Origin: a virus
Lineage: Duplodnaviria; Caudoviricetes
Virus record (IMG/VR): IMGVR_UViG_3300022752_000098
Span: 1 to 53,354 of that record
DNA length: 53,354 nt
Strand: one strand, 5' to 3'
The notes beneath the pieces were generated by a model that saw only the letters and a program-made list of their open reading frames with translations, searched no databases and was not told the origin of the DNA. Below are positions 25,022-33,885 of this stretch, in pieces. The first letter of the stretch is position 1. Each line of letters begins with the position of its first letter. Position numbers and translations under genes: made by a program.

Positions 25022-25112
25022 CATTGAAAAGCGGCGTGGCACTGATGCCATGCTAGATCTTACTAACCGAATGAACAAGGAGCGTGGAAATGGCAAAAGT
25101 AGAACTAAGTGA
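24858..25112 (+). CDS. Hypothetical protein (start uncertain), overlapping the previous gene
   Basis: EHMRQCEAREW...IEKRRG motif. Confidence 0.5.
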   Translation: MPTPRLAPSNVSISQETLEHMRQCEAREWMRRYEKKAIELGSESARLWWAKVKSDIEKRRGTDAMLDLTNRMNKERGNGKSRTK

Positions 25113-25338
25113 CTTTCAGCGTAAATTCTTTGCGCAAGGGACTGGTCAGCAATTGTTTACAGCTAAGGAGTTCGAGGAAGGCATGGCGCAAGCCAAAGCT
25201 GAAATCATGGCTGTGGCGATTCAAACAACCAAACAAGCTATCGGCATTGAGCGAGAAGCCTGCGCGCAGATTGCCCAACAAGCTGGCTTTGACGAGCTGG
25301 CTTATGCAATTCGCACGAGAATGCACCGTGCGGGTTGA
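25090..25338 (+). CDS. Hypothetical protein
   Basis: EREACAQIA...AYAIRTR phage motif. Confidence 0.6.
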   Translation: MAKVELSDFQRKFFAQGTGQQLFTAKEFEEGMAQAKAEIMAVAIQTTKQAIGIEREACAQIAQQAGFDELAYAIRTRMHRAG

Positions 25339-25687
25339 GTTGGACTTTCCGCCGGCGGAGTTGTTTCCCAATCGTGCCAAAGGTGTCCACTGGGGCAAGC
25401 TGTACAAGCTCCGATCGGACTACCGTGACAGCAGTACTTGGTTGGCTAAACACCAGATCAAGAACTGGAAGCATGGTGGCGGCAACATTAAGCTGACGGT
25501 TACGTTTGAAATGCCCGATAAGCGTAAGCGTGACGCAGATAACTGCCTTGCCGCGGCAAAGGGTGCGTTGGACGGGTTAGCTGATGCTTTGTTGGTCAAT
25601 GACCAGCTCTTCCAGCCAATCTTGATTTACAGGCAAGAGGGCAAGAAGCCCGGCAAACTTATCGTAGAAATTGAGGAGCTGACATGA
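25328..25687 (+). CDS. rusA: RusA-like Holliday junction resolvase
   Basis: GTG start; PDKRKRDADNCL..K..LDGLADAL.VND signature. Confidence 0.75.
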   Translation: MRVELDFPPAELFPNRAKGVHWGKLYKLRSDYRDSSTWLAKHQIKNWKHGGGNIKLTVTFEMPDKRKRDADNCLAAAKGALDGLADALLVNDQLFQPILIYRQEGKKPGKLIVEIEELT

Positions 25688-26037
25688 GCGAGAAAATGAT
25701 TGACCCTAATGACGCTGTGGACTTTATGATTGCCCACTCTGCCAAATACGCCGAGGCCGAGGCCAACAAGGTGTTTATGGAGGAGCTGAGAAAAACAATC
25801 AAAGCCGAGGAGATGAAAAACGCTGAAGCCTACGGCAATGGCGAGTACAAGACCGCCGCCATGCAGGAACGCGAAGCCTACGCCTCCCCACGCTACAAAG
25901 AGCACCTAGAAGCCCTCAGACAAGCCGTACAGGAGCGCGAGCGTCTTCGGTGGCTCCTCATAGCCTGTCAGGAAAGAATCGCCGTATGGCGTTCTATGGA
26001 AGCTTCTAACCGCCACGTTGACAAGGCTACCCTGTGA
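25684..26037 (+). CDS. Hypothetical coiled-coil protein
   Basis: QEREAYASPRY...VWRSMEAS.R. Confidence 0.65.
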   Translation: MSEKMIDPNDAVDFMIAHSAKYAEAEANKVFMEELRKTIKAEEMKNAEAYGNGEYKTAAMQEREAYASPRYKEHLEALRQAVQERERLRWLLIACQERIAVWRSMEASNRHVDKATL

Positions 26038-26306
26038 ACAACAACTTAACCGCCAAAGAAAAAGCCTACGTCGGGCTGGTGAAGGAGCTCCCATGCTCAG
26101 TGTGTGATGCGGAGGGCCCAAGCGACGCCCACCATGTCAAACAACACCGTCAGTACACCGTGGTGGCATTGTGTAAGTCCTGCCATCAGGGGAGCAAGAT
26201 GGGCTGGCACGGGGAGAAGAGGGCTTGGGCTATAGCCAAGATGGAAGAGATCGATGCCCTGAACGTGACGATTCAGAGGGTAATTGAGCTGTTGATGAGA
26301 CGTTAA
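26034..26306 (+). CDS. Ref/DUF968-like HNH nuclease
   Basis: LPCSVC...AHH...LCKSCHQG..GWHG. Confidence 0.7.
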   Translation: MNNNLTAKEKAYVGLVKELPCSVCDAEGPSDAHHVKQHRQYTVVALCKSCHQGSKMGWHGEKRAWAIAKMEEIDALNVTIQRVIELLMRR

Positions 26307-26391
26307 GGTTGTCCCATTTTTATTCTTTTTTTTGACACAAAACTAGCCTACGATTTCATGGCAACAATCGGTTGCGCTTACGGGAGAAGTC

Positions 26392-26646
26392 ATGAAATTT
26401 GAAATGGAATTGGGTTTTATTGAAAATGAGAAAATTACAATTGAAACGTGGGACTTTGACAAAATTCAAATCATCAGAGATTTCATTGCTTTTCAAGAAG
26501 AACACGGCTGGGCTGTTGAATATGAAGCAATTGACTGTGATGAGGATGATTTTGAAGAAGACACAGAAGAAGAAATAGCTGTTGCAGACTCAAAAACCAA
26601 AGCAGAAGTGGCGCCCTTTGCTTTATACGCCCACGAGCCTTTGTAG
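26392..26646 (+). CDS. Acidic hypothetical protein
   Basis: GGAG RBS; D/E-rich. Confidence 0.6.
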   Translation: MKFEMELGFIENEKITIETWDFDKIQIIRDFIAFQEEHGWAVEYEAIDCDEDDFEEDTEEEIAVADSKTKAEVAPFALYAHEPL

Positions 26647-26654
26647 CCTATAAG

Positions 26655-26798
26655 CTACTTTGCCAAAAGATAAAGCCCCACATTGCTAAAGGCGTACCCT
26701 GCGTACACAATAGCCATGTGTGGGTTTTCTTTTACGAGCTGTTCTCCAGCTATGTAGGCATAGATAAACCCAGTGATGATGATTAAAGTTGCGCTCAA
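26655..26798 (-). CDS. 47-aa two-TM membrane protein (not in the ORF track)
   Basis: TTG start overlapping the phosphoesterase stop; SATLIIITGFIYAY...GYAFSNVGLYLLAK*. Confidence 0.55.
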   Translation of the reverse strand: MSATLIIITGFIYAYIAGEQLVKENPHMAIVYAGYAFSNVGLYLLAK

Positions 26799-27787
26799 AA
26801 TTCACTCACGTCGTACACGGAACCCCTGAACTCGATGAGTCCTTCGCCAAACTTATGGACAAGCTCTGGCCACAACAATCGCCCATTGAAAAAATTTAAC
26901 ACTGCAAAACCACTACGGTGGTTGCTTGGATTTAGTTCGGCATAGGTAAATTGAGGGCCGTCAATTTCAGCCAATGTGCCGGTATCAACGCCAAACCTGT
27001 TTCCTCGGAGATCTTGGAATGGGGTCACCTTGAGCGCATGTAAGTGCCCACATACCGTACTGACCCCCGCATTCAAGGTTGAGTTGTGTGTACTATGCAC
27101 GCCATTTTTGTAACGGTGTTTGACAATGACGTCATCGGTAGGCCACACCGCCCAACAGAAGTCCCAATTTGGGATATGGTCTGTCAACTTAAAGCCCTGA
27201 ACATCTTTAAATTGTGGTGCGTGTTGGGCTAAACGATTGCCAAATCTGATGTCGTGGTTGCCCCATGTAAACAGTAGCTTTACATTGTGACGGGCGGCTT
27301 TGGCGACCTCCTCAATCTCACCCAACGCACCTTGCGTAGCTTTGAGTTCTTGAATAACAGAAGTTTGGGGAAGTTCAGTAACGTCATGACGTGATATAGA
27401 GGCTCCATCAAACGCATCCCCGTTACATATCACCGCATGGGGCTTGAATTCTTGAATGGCCCACAATAAACCTTTAAAGGCCGTTGATCTTTGACCGGGT
27501 ATGAAGTGCGCGTCACTGAAAACAATTACACATGAGTCCAACATGCCAAGTTTTACTTGTCTTAATGGCGAGAAAGATTTTGGCCTCGTAAGGTCATATT
27601 TAGCACTACGGAAGTCTGAAGCAGGTAATTTGACGTCATGGGTTTCTTCCATACTACGTCTGCGGTAGTTCACTGCTCTTTCGGTAATACCTAAAATTTT
27701 TGCTATTTTTGTAACAGATTGATGTGTGTCCCACAAATCCATAAACTGTTCATCTGTACAGGAATTCATGCCGTTAGTTGATACCAT
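26795..27787 (-). CDS. Calcineurin-like metallophosphoesterase with N-terminal HTH
   Basis: SDAH, NGDAFD, GNHD, KH, GHLH motifs; IAKILGITERAV HTH. Confidence 0.85.
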   Translation of the reverse strand: MVSTNGMNSCTDEQFMDLWDTHQSVTKIAKILGITERAVNYRRRSMEETHDVKLPASDFRSAKYDLTRPKSFSPLRQVKLGMLDSCVIVFSDAHFIPGQRSTAFKGLLWAIQEFKPHAVICNGDAFDGASISRHDVTELPQTSVIQELKATQGALGEIEEVAKAARHNVKLLFTWGNHDIRFGNRLAQHAPQFKDVQGFKLTDHIPNWDFCWAVWPTDDVIVKHRYKNGVHSTHNSTLNAGVSTVCGHLHALKVTPFQDLRGNRFGVDTGTLAEIDGPQFTYAELNPSNHRSGFAVLNFFNGRLLWPELVHKFGEGLIEFRGSVYDVSEF

Positions 27788-28148
27788 GAGAATCCTTAGT
27801 CAAAAGTTGCTCTAACAGATTGATGATGCGGTGCTCCTGTTTTTCCAGCTCGTCTTCACTTGTCTTAGGATCTTGAGCCGCCGTCATAAGATCGTGCAAA
27901 AAAACATGAAGCAACTCGTGCAGAGCTGTTCTCTCAAGACTCTTGGGTGTGATCTTTTCAGAACCCCAATCACCCAGTCGGTACGTTGCAAGCCTTGCCC
28001 CATCATTGAACTCAACGGAAGCCATAGCTTGCTTGGCTGGCTTGAGTCCTTTTTCAATACGCCAATCACCAAGACTCAATATTTGTTGCCACTTTTTGAC
28101 ACTTTGTGCAAAGTATGCGGCATCGTGTGGTGTAGGAATGTTAGGCAT
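27774..28148 (-). CDS. Small zincin-like metallopeptidase
   Basis: ALHELLH (HExxH) with downstream QEH. Confidence 0.65.
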   Translation of the reverse strand: MPNIPTPHDAAYFAQSVKKWQQILSLGDWRIEKGLKPAKQAMASVEFNDGARLATYRLGDWGSEKITPKSLERTALHELLHVFLHDLMTAAQDPKTSEDELEKQEHRIINLLEQLLTKDSHGIN

Positions 28149-28203
28149 TACAAGACCTTATACAAACTTTATTACACTTTTATTTAATAAATAAATTATC
28201 GAT

Positions 28204-28272
28204 TATTAGGGTTTGTCCTAATAAAAATATTTTTAAAAAGATCACACAAGCGCTTTAACTTGATGTTAAGAT
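28204..28272 (+). promoter_or_regulatory. AT-rich divergent control region with inverted repeat and operator/extended -10
   Basis: TTATTAGG-GTTTGT-CCTAATAA; TTAACTTGATGTTAA (28255-28269) overlapping TG-T-TAAGAT. Confidence 0.6.
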
Positions 28273-28313
28273 AGCGTCACTGCAATAAGCAGGTTATTTG
28301 AAAGACATACATT

Positions 28314-28628
28314 ATGACTATAGCAACACAAATCCAGACAGAAGCCCTGATCTCCACAATCACTTCTGACATCGACGCACTTTATGTGCTTGACCAACAA
28401 GCCAAAGCATTGGCTGAGCAAGTCAAAGCTCTCAAAGAATCCATTGCCAACAAGTATGGCGAAGGCGAACACAAAGGCGAACTACACAGCGTGACAGTCC
28501 AGTTGGTTCAGGTCTCTGGCACAGTTGACTACAAAAAGCTGTGCATCTCCTACGGCATCGGCGACGAAGTCTTGGCTACCTTCCGCAAGGCAAGCCGTGC
28601 CGACATTCGCGTAACACCAGCCAAGTAA
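28314..28628 (+). CDS. Hypothetical protein
   Basis: 104 aa; first gene after the promoter. Confidence 0.65.
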   Translation: MTIATQIQTEALISTITSDIDALYVLDQQAKALAEQVKALKESIANKYGEGEHKGELHSVTVQLVQVSGTVDYKKLCISYGIGDEVLATFRKASRADIRVTPAK

Positions 28629-28638
28629 GGAGCCAACC

Positions 28639-29152
28639 ATGACTACTTTATTCAAATTGGAAGAGCACCTCATGATGTTGTTGGTCGAAGACAAGATCTG
28701 TTTTGAAGAGGGCGACTGGGATCGTCTGGAAAGCATTCGTTTGGCAATAGACGACACACGCGATCAGATCGAATCTTTTAACAAGAAGGTAAAAGCATGA
28801 CCACCGAAATCGAAACATCATTCAACACGGAGGCTGAAGTTCGTGTCAGCCTCGATCAGTACGACGACGGCGTGTGGCTGTCCCTGCAAGGGCGCCGTGC
28901 CAGCATGGGCGTCCCCCTTACACGTGCAGAAGCCGAGCAACTCTTGGCTAACCTGCAAACTGTCCTTAAACAATGAGCGAAACAATCATGAGTGACTACA
29001 TCAAAGGATTCGACGCAGGCGTTGACTGCGTTTTGACCGAAATTAAACGCTTGGAGAAAATCGGGCCTATAAGCCTCGATCAGCTACTCAAGCACCTTGA
29101 CCCTCAACGAGACCAGAAAACGGCTCAAAAGCCCGAAAAAGGGGCTCCATGA
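28639..29152 (+). CDS. Three coupled small hypothetical genes (28639-28800, 28797-28976, 28973-29152; not in the ORF track)
   Basis: AAGGAG RBS then successive ATGA overlaps; each frame open for 53-59 aa. Confidence 0.6.
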
Positions 29153-29397
29153 GCATGGCTGTGATCAATAGCGTAAGAGTTGCGCTTCGCGGAATACCTG
29201 ATGGCATGACCTTAGAAGAACTAGCGGATCTGCTAAACCGACCAAGAACAAACATCAGAAAGGTTTTAAAGAACATGCCTGACGTGTACATAGACAGATG
29301 GGAGCCCGCACCACGTAAGCAGTACAAAGCTGTTTGGTGCGCTTGCATCCCCCCAAAAGATTGTCCAAGACCAGAAGGAGCTAGTCATGATAATTAA
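29149..29397 (+). CDS. HTH-containing hypothetical protein
   Basis: DGMTLEELADLL...MPDVYIDRW...CPRP. Confidence 0.65.
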   Translation: MSMAVINSVRVALRGIPDGMTLEELADLLNRPRTNIRKVLKNMPDVYIDRWEPAPRKQYKAVWCACIPPKDCPRPEGASHDN

Positions 29398-29677
29398 ACG
29401 TGCGATTGCTGTAGACAGCCTTACCAAAGTTTGCGAGGAAAGCCTAAGTCTTATCAAGCAATTGATTGACGCTGACAACGAGGTGTATGCCAAAGGATAC
29501 GAGGATGGCATGGCGGCTCAGGCTCAAGTGCAAAAGACTTTAAGACCTTGGGTAGGGCTGACGGTCGAAGAAATTGAGGCAATTGGCAAGCCGCACGAGG
29601 AAAAAGACAGAAGTATTCAGGCGTGGGGGCTTTTTGCTTGCGATATTGAAGCCAAACTCAAGGAGAAGAACACATGA
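29387..29677 (+). CDS. Hypothetical protein (WVGLT..E...IEAKLKEKN module)
   Basis: Module shared with the next gene. Confidence 0.65.
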   Translation: MIIKRAIAVDSLTKVCEESLSLIKQLIDADNEVYAKGYEDGMAAQAQVQKTLRPWVGLTVEEIEAIGKPHEEKDRSIQAWGLFACDIEAKLKEKNT

Positions 29678-30099
29678 CCAAAAATGAAGCACTACGCCTT
29701 GCAATTGAATCGCTGTGTTGTGTGCGAGACATGGTTGGGCATCCTGACAATTTGGAATACATCGACCATCAGGTTGCCAAGATTGAGGCCGCACTAGAAG
29801 CGAAGGATGAGCCTGTTGGTAAGTTGCAGAAGCCTACGGGTGAACGTGCTTGGTTCACGATTTTTGAGTTAAACGCATGGGCTGACAAGAAGTTATCCGA
29901 GAATCCACATTGGGTAATGCCGAAAGATGAGCCTGAGCGTGATGACCCCCCACCACAGCGCACATGGGTAGGGCTGACGGATGAGGAGATCCAAAAGGCT
30001 TTGGGTGTAACGCCTGAAAGTTCTAACTGGAATATGATCATGGTGCTTGAATGGGCAAAGAAGATTGAAGTCGCAATACTAGAGAAAAACAATGCCTGA
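29674..30099 (+). CDS. Hypothetical protein (WVGLTDEEI module)
   Basis: ATGA-coupled; repeated KDEP. Confidence 0.65.
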   Translation: MTKNEALRLAIESLCCVRDMVGHPDNLEYIDHQVAKIEAALEAKDEPVGKLQKPTGERAWFTIFELNAWADKKLSENPHWVMPKDEPERDDPPPQRTWVGLTDEEIQKALGVTPESSNWNMIMVLEWAKKIEVAILEKNNA

Positions 30100-30295
30100 A
30101 CCTAAACTGAAGTTGGTATTTGAAGAAGGTTGCTTTGACGGGTTTGATGGAACGCCTGACGAGCTGGCTGAGATGATTGCTGAGCTACACCGTTTGGCGG
30201 CAGACGGAACCATCATGGACGGAGCTGTTCCCTTGGATGATGATCAAATCGAAGAGCTCAATGAAGCTAAAAGCAGACGGGAGCAGAGGCAATGA
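30092..30295 (+). CDS. Acidic hypothetical protein
   Basis: GCFDGFDGTPDEL. Confidence 0.6.
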   Translation: MPEPKLKLVFEEGCFDGFDGTPDELAEMIAELHRLAADGTIMDGAVPLDDDQIEELNEAKSRREQRQ

Positions 30296-30978
30296 CCAGA
30301 AGAGTAGCAATTGTCAGCCCGTCCTATGACGGTAAGATCGTGTGTGACCACGCCATAGCATTGGTAACCATCTTTCAGAGAGCGGCGTCAGAGCGTCCAG
30401 ATCTACACCTAAGCCTGCAATACTGGATGGGTGAAGCTCTCCTACAAAAAGCCAGAAACAACCTGTTCTGCGATGCTTATGACAACGGAGTCGACGACAT
30501 TGTGTTTTTGGACGTAGATCAGGGATTTGACGCTCAGGCGTTTTTTGACGTGCTTGACCATCCTGTCGATGCTGTAGGCATAACAGCAAGGATGAAAACA
30601 GACGAGGAACGGTACACACACCGCCCAGAAGACCCCAAAAAGCACCGCTGGAACCAAGAACTGAAGCTATTGGAGGTTGAGTACCTTGCCACAGGATTTT
30701 TGCGTTTAAGCAGAAAAGCCATGAAAGCCTTATACGACGCATCTGTACCATACAACGATGGCAAGGAACGCAGACTTATCTGTGACGTGCAGATCATCAA
30801 TGGTGGAATGATCTCAGAAGACATCCAGATCGGCAAAAAGCTCAAAGAAGCTGGAATACAGAGCTATTTGGATATTAGGCACACATGCTCCCACTTTGGC
30901 GTCAAAAAGTATGAGGGCGACTACCAGTACAAGTACGCTGAGTCAGTTCTTGCTGAACTTATGGAGAAAGACAAGTGA
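30292..30978 (+). CDS. Glycosyltransferase, GT-A fold
   Basis: IVSPSY, ARN, FLDVD (DxD), ATGFLRL, SED, CSH. Confidence 0.8.
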   Translation: MTRRVAIVSPSYDGKIVCDHAIALVTIFQRAASERPDLHLSLQYWMGEALLQKARNNLFCDAYDNGVDDIVFLDVDQGFDAQAFFDVLDHPVDAVGITARMKTDEERYTHRPEDPKKHRWNQELKLLEVEYLATGFLRLSRKAMKALYDASVPYNDGKERRLICDVQIINGGMISEDIQIGKKLKEAGIQSYLDIRHTCSHFGVKKYEGDYQYKYAESVLAELMEKDK

Positions 30979-31142
30979 CGGAGCAGGAGACGATTGAAGA
31001 GCTACAGGTCAAAGTGCAGGAGCTTGAGTCAAAGCTGAAACATGCTCAGGCAAAAGCCGCAAAACTGGAAAGCGAAAACAAAGCCTTTAAAGCAACCATC
31101 AAAGACATGGACAGAAGGATCATGAGAGGGTTGAAAGACTGA
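30975..31142 (+). CDS. Coiled-coil hypothetical protein (55 aa, not in the ORF track)
   Basis: GTGA overlap; heptad pattern. Confidence 0.5.
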   Translation: MTEQETIEELQVKVQELESKLKHAQAKAAKLESENKAFKATIKDMDRRIMRGLKD

Positions 31143-31145
31143 CCA

Positions 31146-31184
31146 TTGCAAACAAAACAAAACGTGCGTTAAACTTCACGTTAA
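31146..31184 (+). promoter_or_regulatory. Promoter upstream of terS with operator-like site
   Basis: TTGCAA-18 nt-TAAACT; TAAACTTCACGTTAA at 31170-31184; AAGGAG RBS follows. Confidence 0.55.
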
Positions 31185-31198
31185 AAGGAGTTCCAGCA

Positions 31199-31756
31199 AT
31201 GGCAAAGAAACCAAAGAGTCTTTCCAGCGACACTGTCGCCGATGTGACAGGTAAGCCGCAAACAAAAGTAGAGACAAAGATGGGCAGACCTTCCATATAC
31301 ACGGAAGAGTTAGCTAACGATATATGCGTAAGGCTAGGACTAGGTCAGAGCTTGCGCAAGATATGCTTAGATGAGGATATGCCAAGCCTGCGAAGTGTGA
31401 TGGGTTGGTTGACAACGAAGCCTGACTTCTTGCAACAATACACCCGCGCACGGGAAATCCAAGCCGAGACTCAGTTTGATGAATTAATAGACATAGTTGA
31501 CCAACCGCCTGAGCTGAGCCACGTCGTGGACAAGAACGGTGAGCTGGTTGAGGTCAAGTTCGACTCCTCTTACGTACAATGGATGAAGCTTAGGGTTGAC
31601 ACCCGCAAATGGACAGCCGCTCGCATGGCGCCCAAGAAGTATGGTGAGCACAAGCAACTAGAACAGGCTCAAGACCTCACTGTCATTGATGTCAACGTCA
31701 GAGACATGATGGACGTGGCTGTCAAGCGCCTAGAGTTGATCAGGATCGCTGAATGA
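31199..31756 (+). CDS. terS: Terminase small subunit
   Basis: GRPSIYTEELANDIC..L..GQSLRKIC....MPS; LRVDTRKW.AARMAPKKYG. Confidence 0.88.
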   Translation: MAKKPKSLSSDTVADVTGKPQTKVETKMGRPSIYTEELANDICVRLGLGQSLRKICLDEDMPSLRSVMGWLTTKPDFLQQYTRAREIQAETQFDELIDIVDQPPELSHVVDKNGELVEVKFDSSYVQWMKLRVDTRKWTAARMAPKKYGEHKQLEQAQDLTVIDVNVRDMMDVAVKRLELIRIAE

Positions 31757-33186
31757 GCGCTGTTATTGAGCAGGACATTTTGGACATCTTGCAAGACGAG
31801 GATCTTCGCAAGAGTCTAGGCCCACTCCACGGAGCCGCCTACGCCACACGCATTAAATGGCTCTCAGGGGCGTTTAATCATCAGAAGCTACCCCAAGGTG
31901 AGTGGTGGTCTATCTGGCTCATGCTGGCTGGTCGTGGCGCTGGCAAGACCCGTACCGCGGCTGAACAGCTCTGGTGGTGGGCGTGGGAGAACCCTAACAC
32001 ACGGTGGCTAGTCTCCGCCCCTACATCGATGGATGTCAGGGGTACGTGCTTTGAGGGTGAATCAGGACTCATTGCCGTGATCCCACCTGTATTGATACGA
32101 GACTACAACAAAGCTTTACACGAGATCGTATTGGTCAACGGTAGCCTGATCAAAGGTATCTCAGCGTCAGAGCCTGATCGTTTCCGTGGTGGTCAGTACC
32201 ATGGTGCATGGCTAGACGAGCTTGCGGCATGGGACTACCTTGACGAAGCTTGGTACAACATCCAGTTTGCCGTGCGTCTAAAAAAGGACGACGGCAGGAC
32301 TCAGATCATTGCCACAACTACCCCACGTCCCAAAGACTTGATTGTGGAGCTCGTAGGGCGCGAAGGAGACGACGTAGCCCTTACGACGGCATCTACCTAC
32401 GTCAATTTAGCTAACCTTGCTCCAAGCTTCCAAAAGCAGATTCTTGCATACGAGGGAACTAAGATTGGTAGGCAGGAGATCCACGCTGAGCTGATCGACC
32501 CAGAAGAGTCAGGCATCGTCAAGCGCGAGATGTTCAAGCTATGGGCGCCTAACAAGGCGTTCCCTAAGTTCGAGTACATCTTGCAAAGCTATGACTGCGC
32601 CAGCTCGGAGAAGACTGTCAACGATCCGACAGCGGCCATCACGTTTGGTGTGTTCAAGCCACTGGATGGCCCCATGTCCGCAATGATCATCGACTGCTGG
32701 CAAGACCGCCTCCAATACCCAGATCTGCGCCCCAAGGTGATTGAAGAGTACGACGTGGTTTACGGCGAGGGCAAGAACAAGAAGCGGGTTGACCTGATCC
32801 TCGTGGAAGACAAGTCCGCAGGCATAGCTCTTATACAAGACTTACAGCGTGGTCATCTGCCTGTGAGGGCGTATAACCCGGGCCGAGCCGACAAGATCCA
32901 GCGCCTGAACATCGTCTCCAACATCATTGCCGCTGGGCGTGTATGGATCCCTGAGAGCAGTGTGCGTAAGGGTTACGTCAAGGACTGGGCTGAGGGCTTT
33001 GTCTCCCAGATCTGTAGCTTCCCTGACTCGACCCATGATGACTTCGTGGACGCCTGCACCCAAGGGCTACGGTTCCTGCGTGATGCTGGCTGGCTAGACA
33101 TTGATGGCGCGCCACGGGACGACTACGACATGGACGACTACATTGACAGCGGTAGACGCAAACTGGAGAACCCTTATGCCGCATAA
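31753..33186 (+). CDS. terL: Terminase large subunit
   Basis: Walker A AGRGAGKT, Walker B WLDE, TTTP, nuclease SYD..A and HDDFVDA. Confidence 0.95.
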   Translation: MSAVIEQDILDILQDEDLRKSLGPLHGAAYATRIKWLSGAFNHQKLPQGEWWSIWLMLAGRGAGKTRTAAEQLWWWAWENPNTRWLVSAPTSMDVRGTCFEGESGLIAVIPPVLIRDYNKALHEIVLVNGSLIKGISASEPDRFRGGQYHGAWLDELAAWDYLDEAWYNIQFAVRLKKDDGRTQIIATTTPRPKDLIVELVGREGDDVALTTASTYVNLANLAPSFQKQILAYEGTKIGRQEIHAELIDPEESGIVKREMFKLWAPNKAFPKFEYILQSYDCASSEKTVNDPTAAITFGVFKPLDGPMSAMIIDCWQDRLQYPDLRPKVIEEYDVVYGEGKNKKRVDLILVEDKSAGIALIQDLQRGHLPVRAYNPGRADKIQRLNIVSNIIAAGRVWIPESSVRKGYVKDWAEGFVSQICSFPDSTHDDFVDACTQGLRFLRDAGWLDIDGAPRDDYDMDDYIDSGRRKLENPYAA

Positions 33187-33829
33187 AGTTGGGGTCATCA
33201 TCCCTACCTACAAAAGACCAGACCTACTTCGTCAGGCGGTGCTCCAATGGATTGTCCAGACTGTCAAGCCTGATGTCCTGTGCATCAACCAAAACGGTAG
33301 CGAGGAGAGCTACGAGTGGGTGATTGAGGATTTAAAGCCCCTGATCAATATTAAGTTTATTCATGTACCTAGCACGATCAAGCAACACCTGTGGTATGCC
33401 CTACCCCTGAGTCAGCTCCTCGTGGAAGGGTGCGACGTGTTCCTATGGGCAGACCATGACGACATTTACTACCGTGACCATGTGGAAAAGAAGCTTGCCG
33501 CGCTGGAGGGGCATGACGTTACATTGTCAGACACTTGTGGGGTCTTGTTCCTAAAATCGCATGATTACAAGTACCAAAAGCCTGAGAAGTTCACCGCCCA
33601 CGCCCCCGGCGGCATGTCCTCCTCCACCGCCTTCAACAAGAACTTCGCGCTGGCGCTGATGCTGGATCTGGTCACTGATGAGCAATACTACTACTCTGAT
33701 AACGTGTTGGCATTCACGACAATGCCCAAACACAGTAAGAACGTGACTCAGGACGTGACCACGGTATACGTCTCCCATAAAGGCTCACACAGTTCTGGGC
33801 ATTGGGCTGAAAGCGTCCTAGGTGCATAG
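33176..33829 (+). CDS. Glycosyltransferase family 2
   Basis: VGVIIPTYKRPDLL..AV; WADHDD (DxD). Confidence 0.8.
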   Translation: MPHKVGVIIPTYKRPDLLRQAVLQWIVQTVKPDVLCINQNGSEESYEWVIEDLKPLINIKFIHVPSTIKQHLWYALPLSQLLVEGCDVFLWADHDDIYYRDHVEKKLAALEGHDVTLSDTCGVLFLKSHDYKYQKPEKFTAHAPGGMSSSTAFNKNFALALMLDLVTDEQYYYSDNVLAFTTMPKHSKNVTQDVTTVYVSHKGSHSSGHWAESVLGA

Positions 33830-33855
33830 ACACAGCATGAGCACCAAGGTATCAT
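33827..33855 (+). promoter_or_regulatory. Putative sigma70 promoter for the head operon
   Basis: TAGACA-17 nt-TATCAT upstream of AGGA RBS and ATG 33886. Confidence 0.6.
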
Positions 33856-33885
33856 TGGGGCAACAGCAACTCAGCAGGATAAGCC

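Noticed and set aside
26332-26354. TTGACA...TACGAT promoter before ORF 26392
   Set aside because: Spacer is only 11 nt
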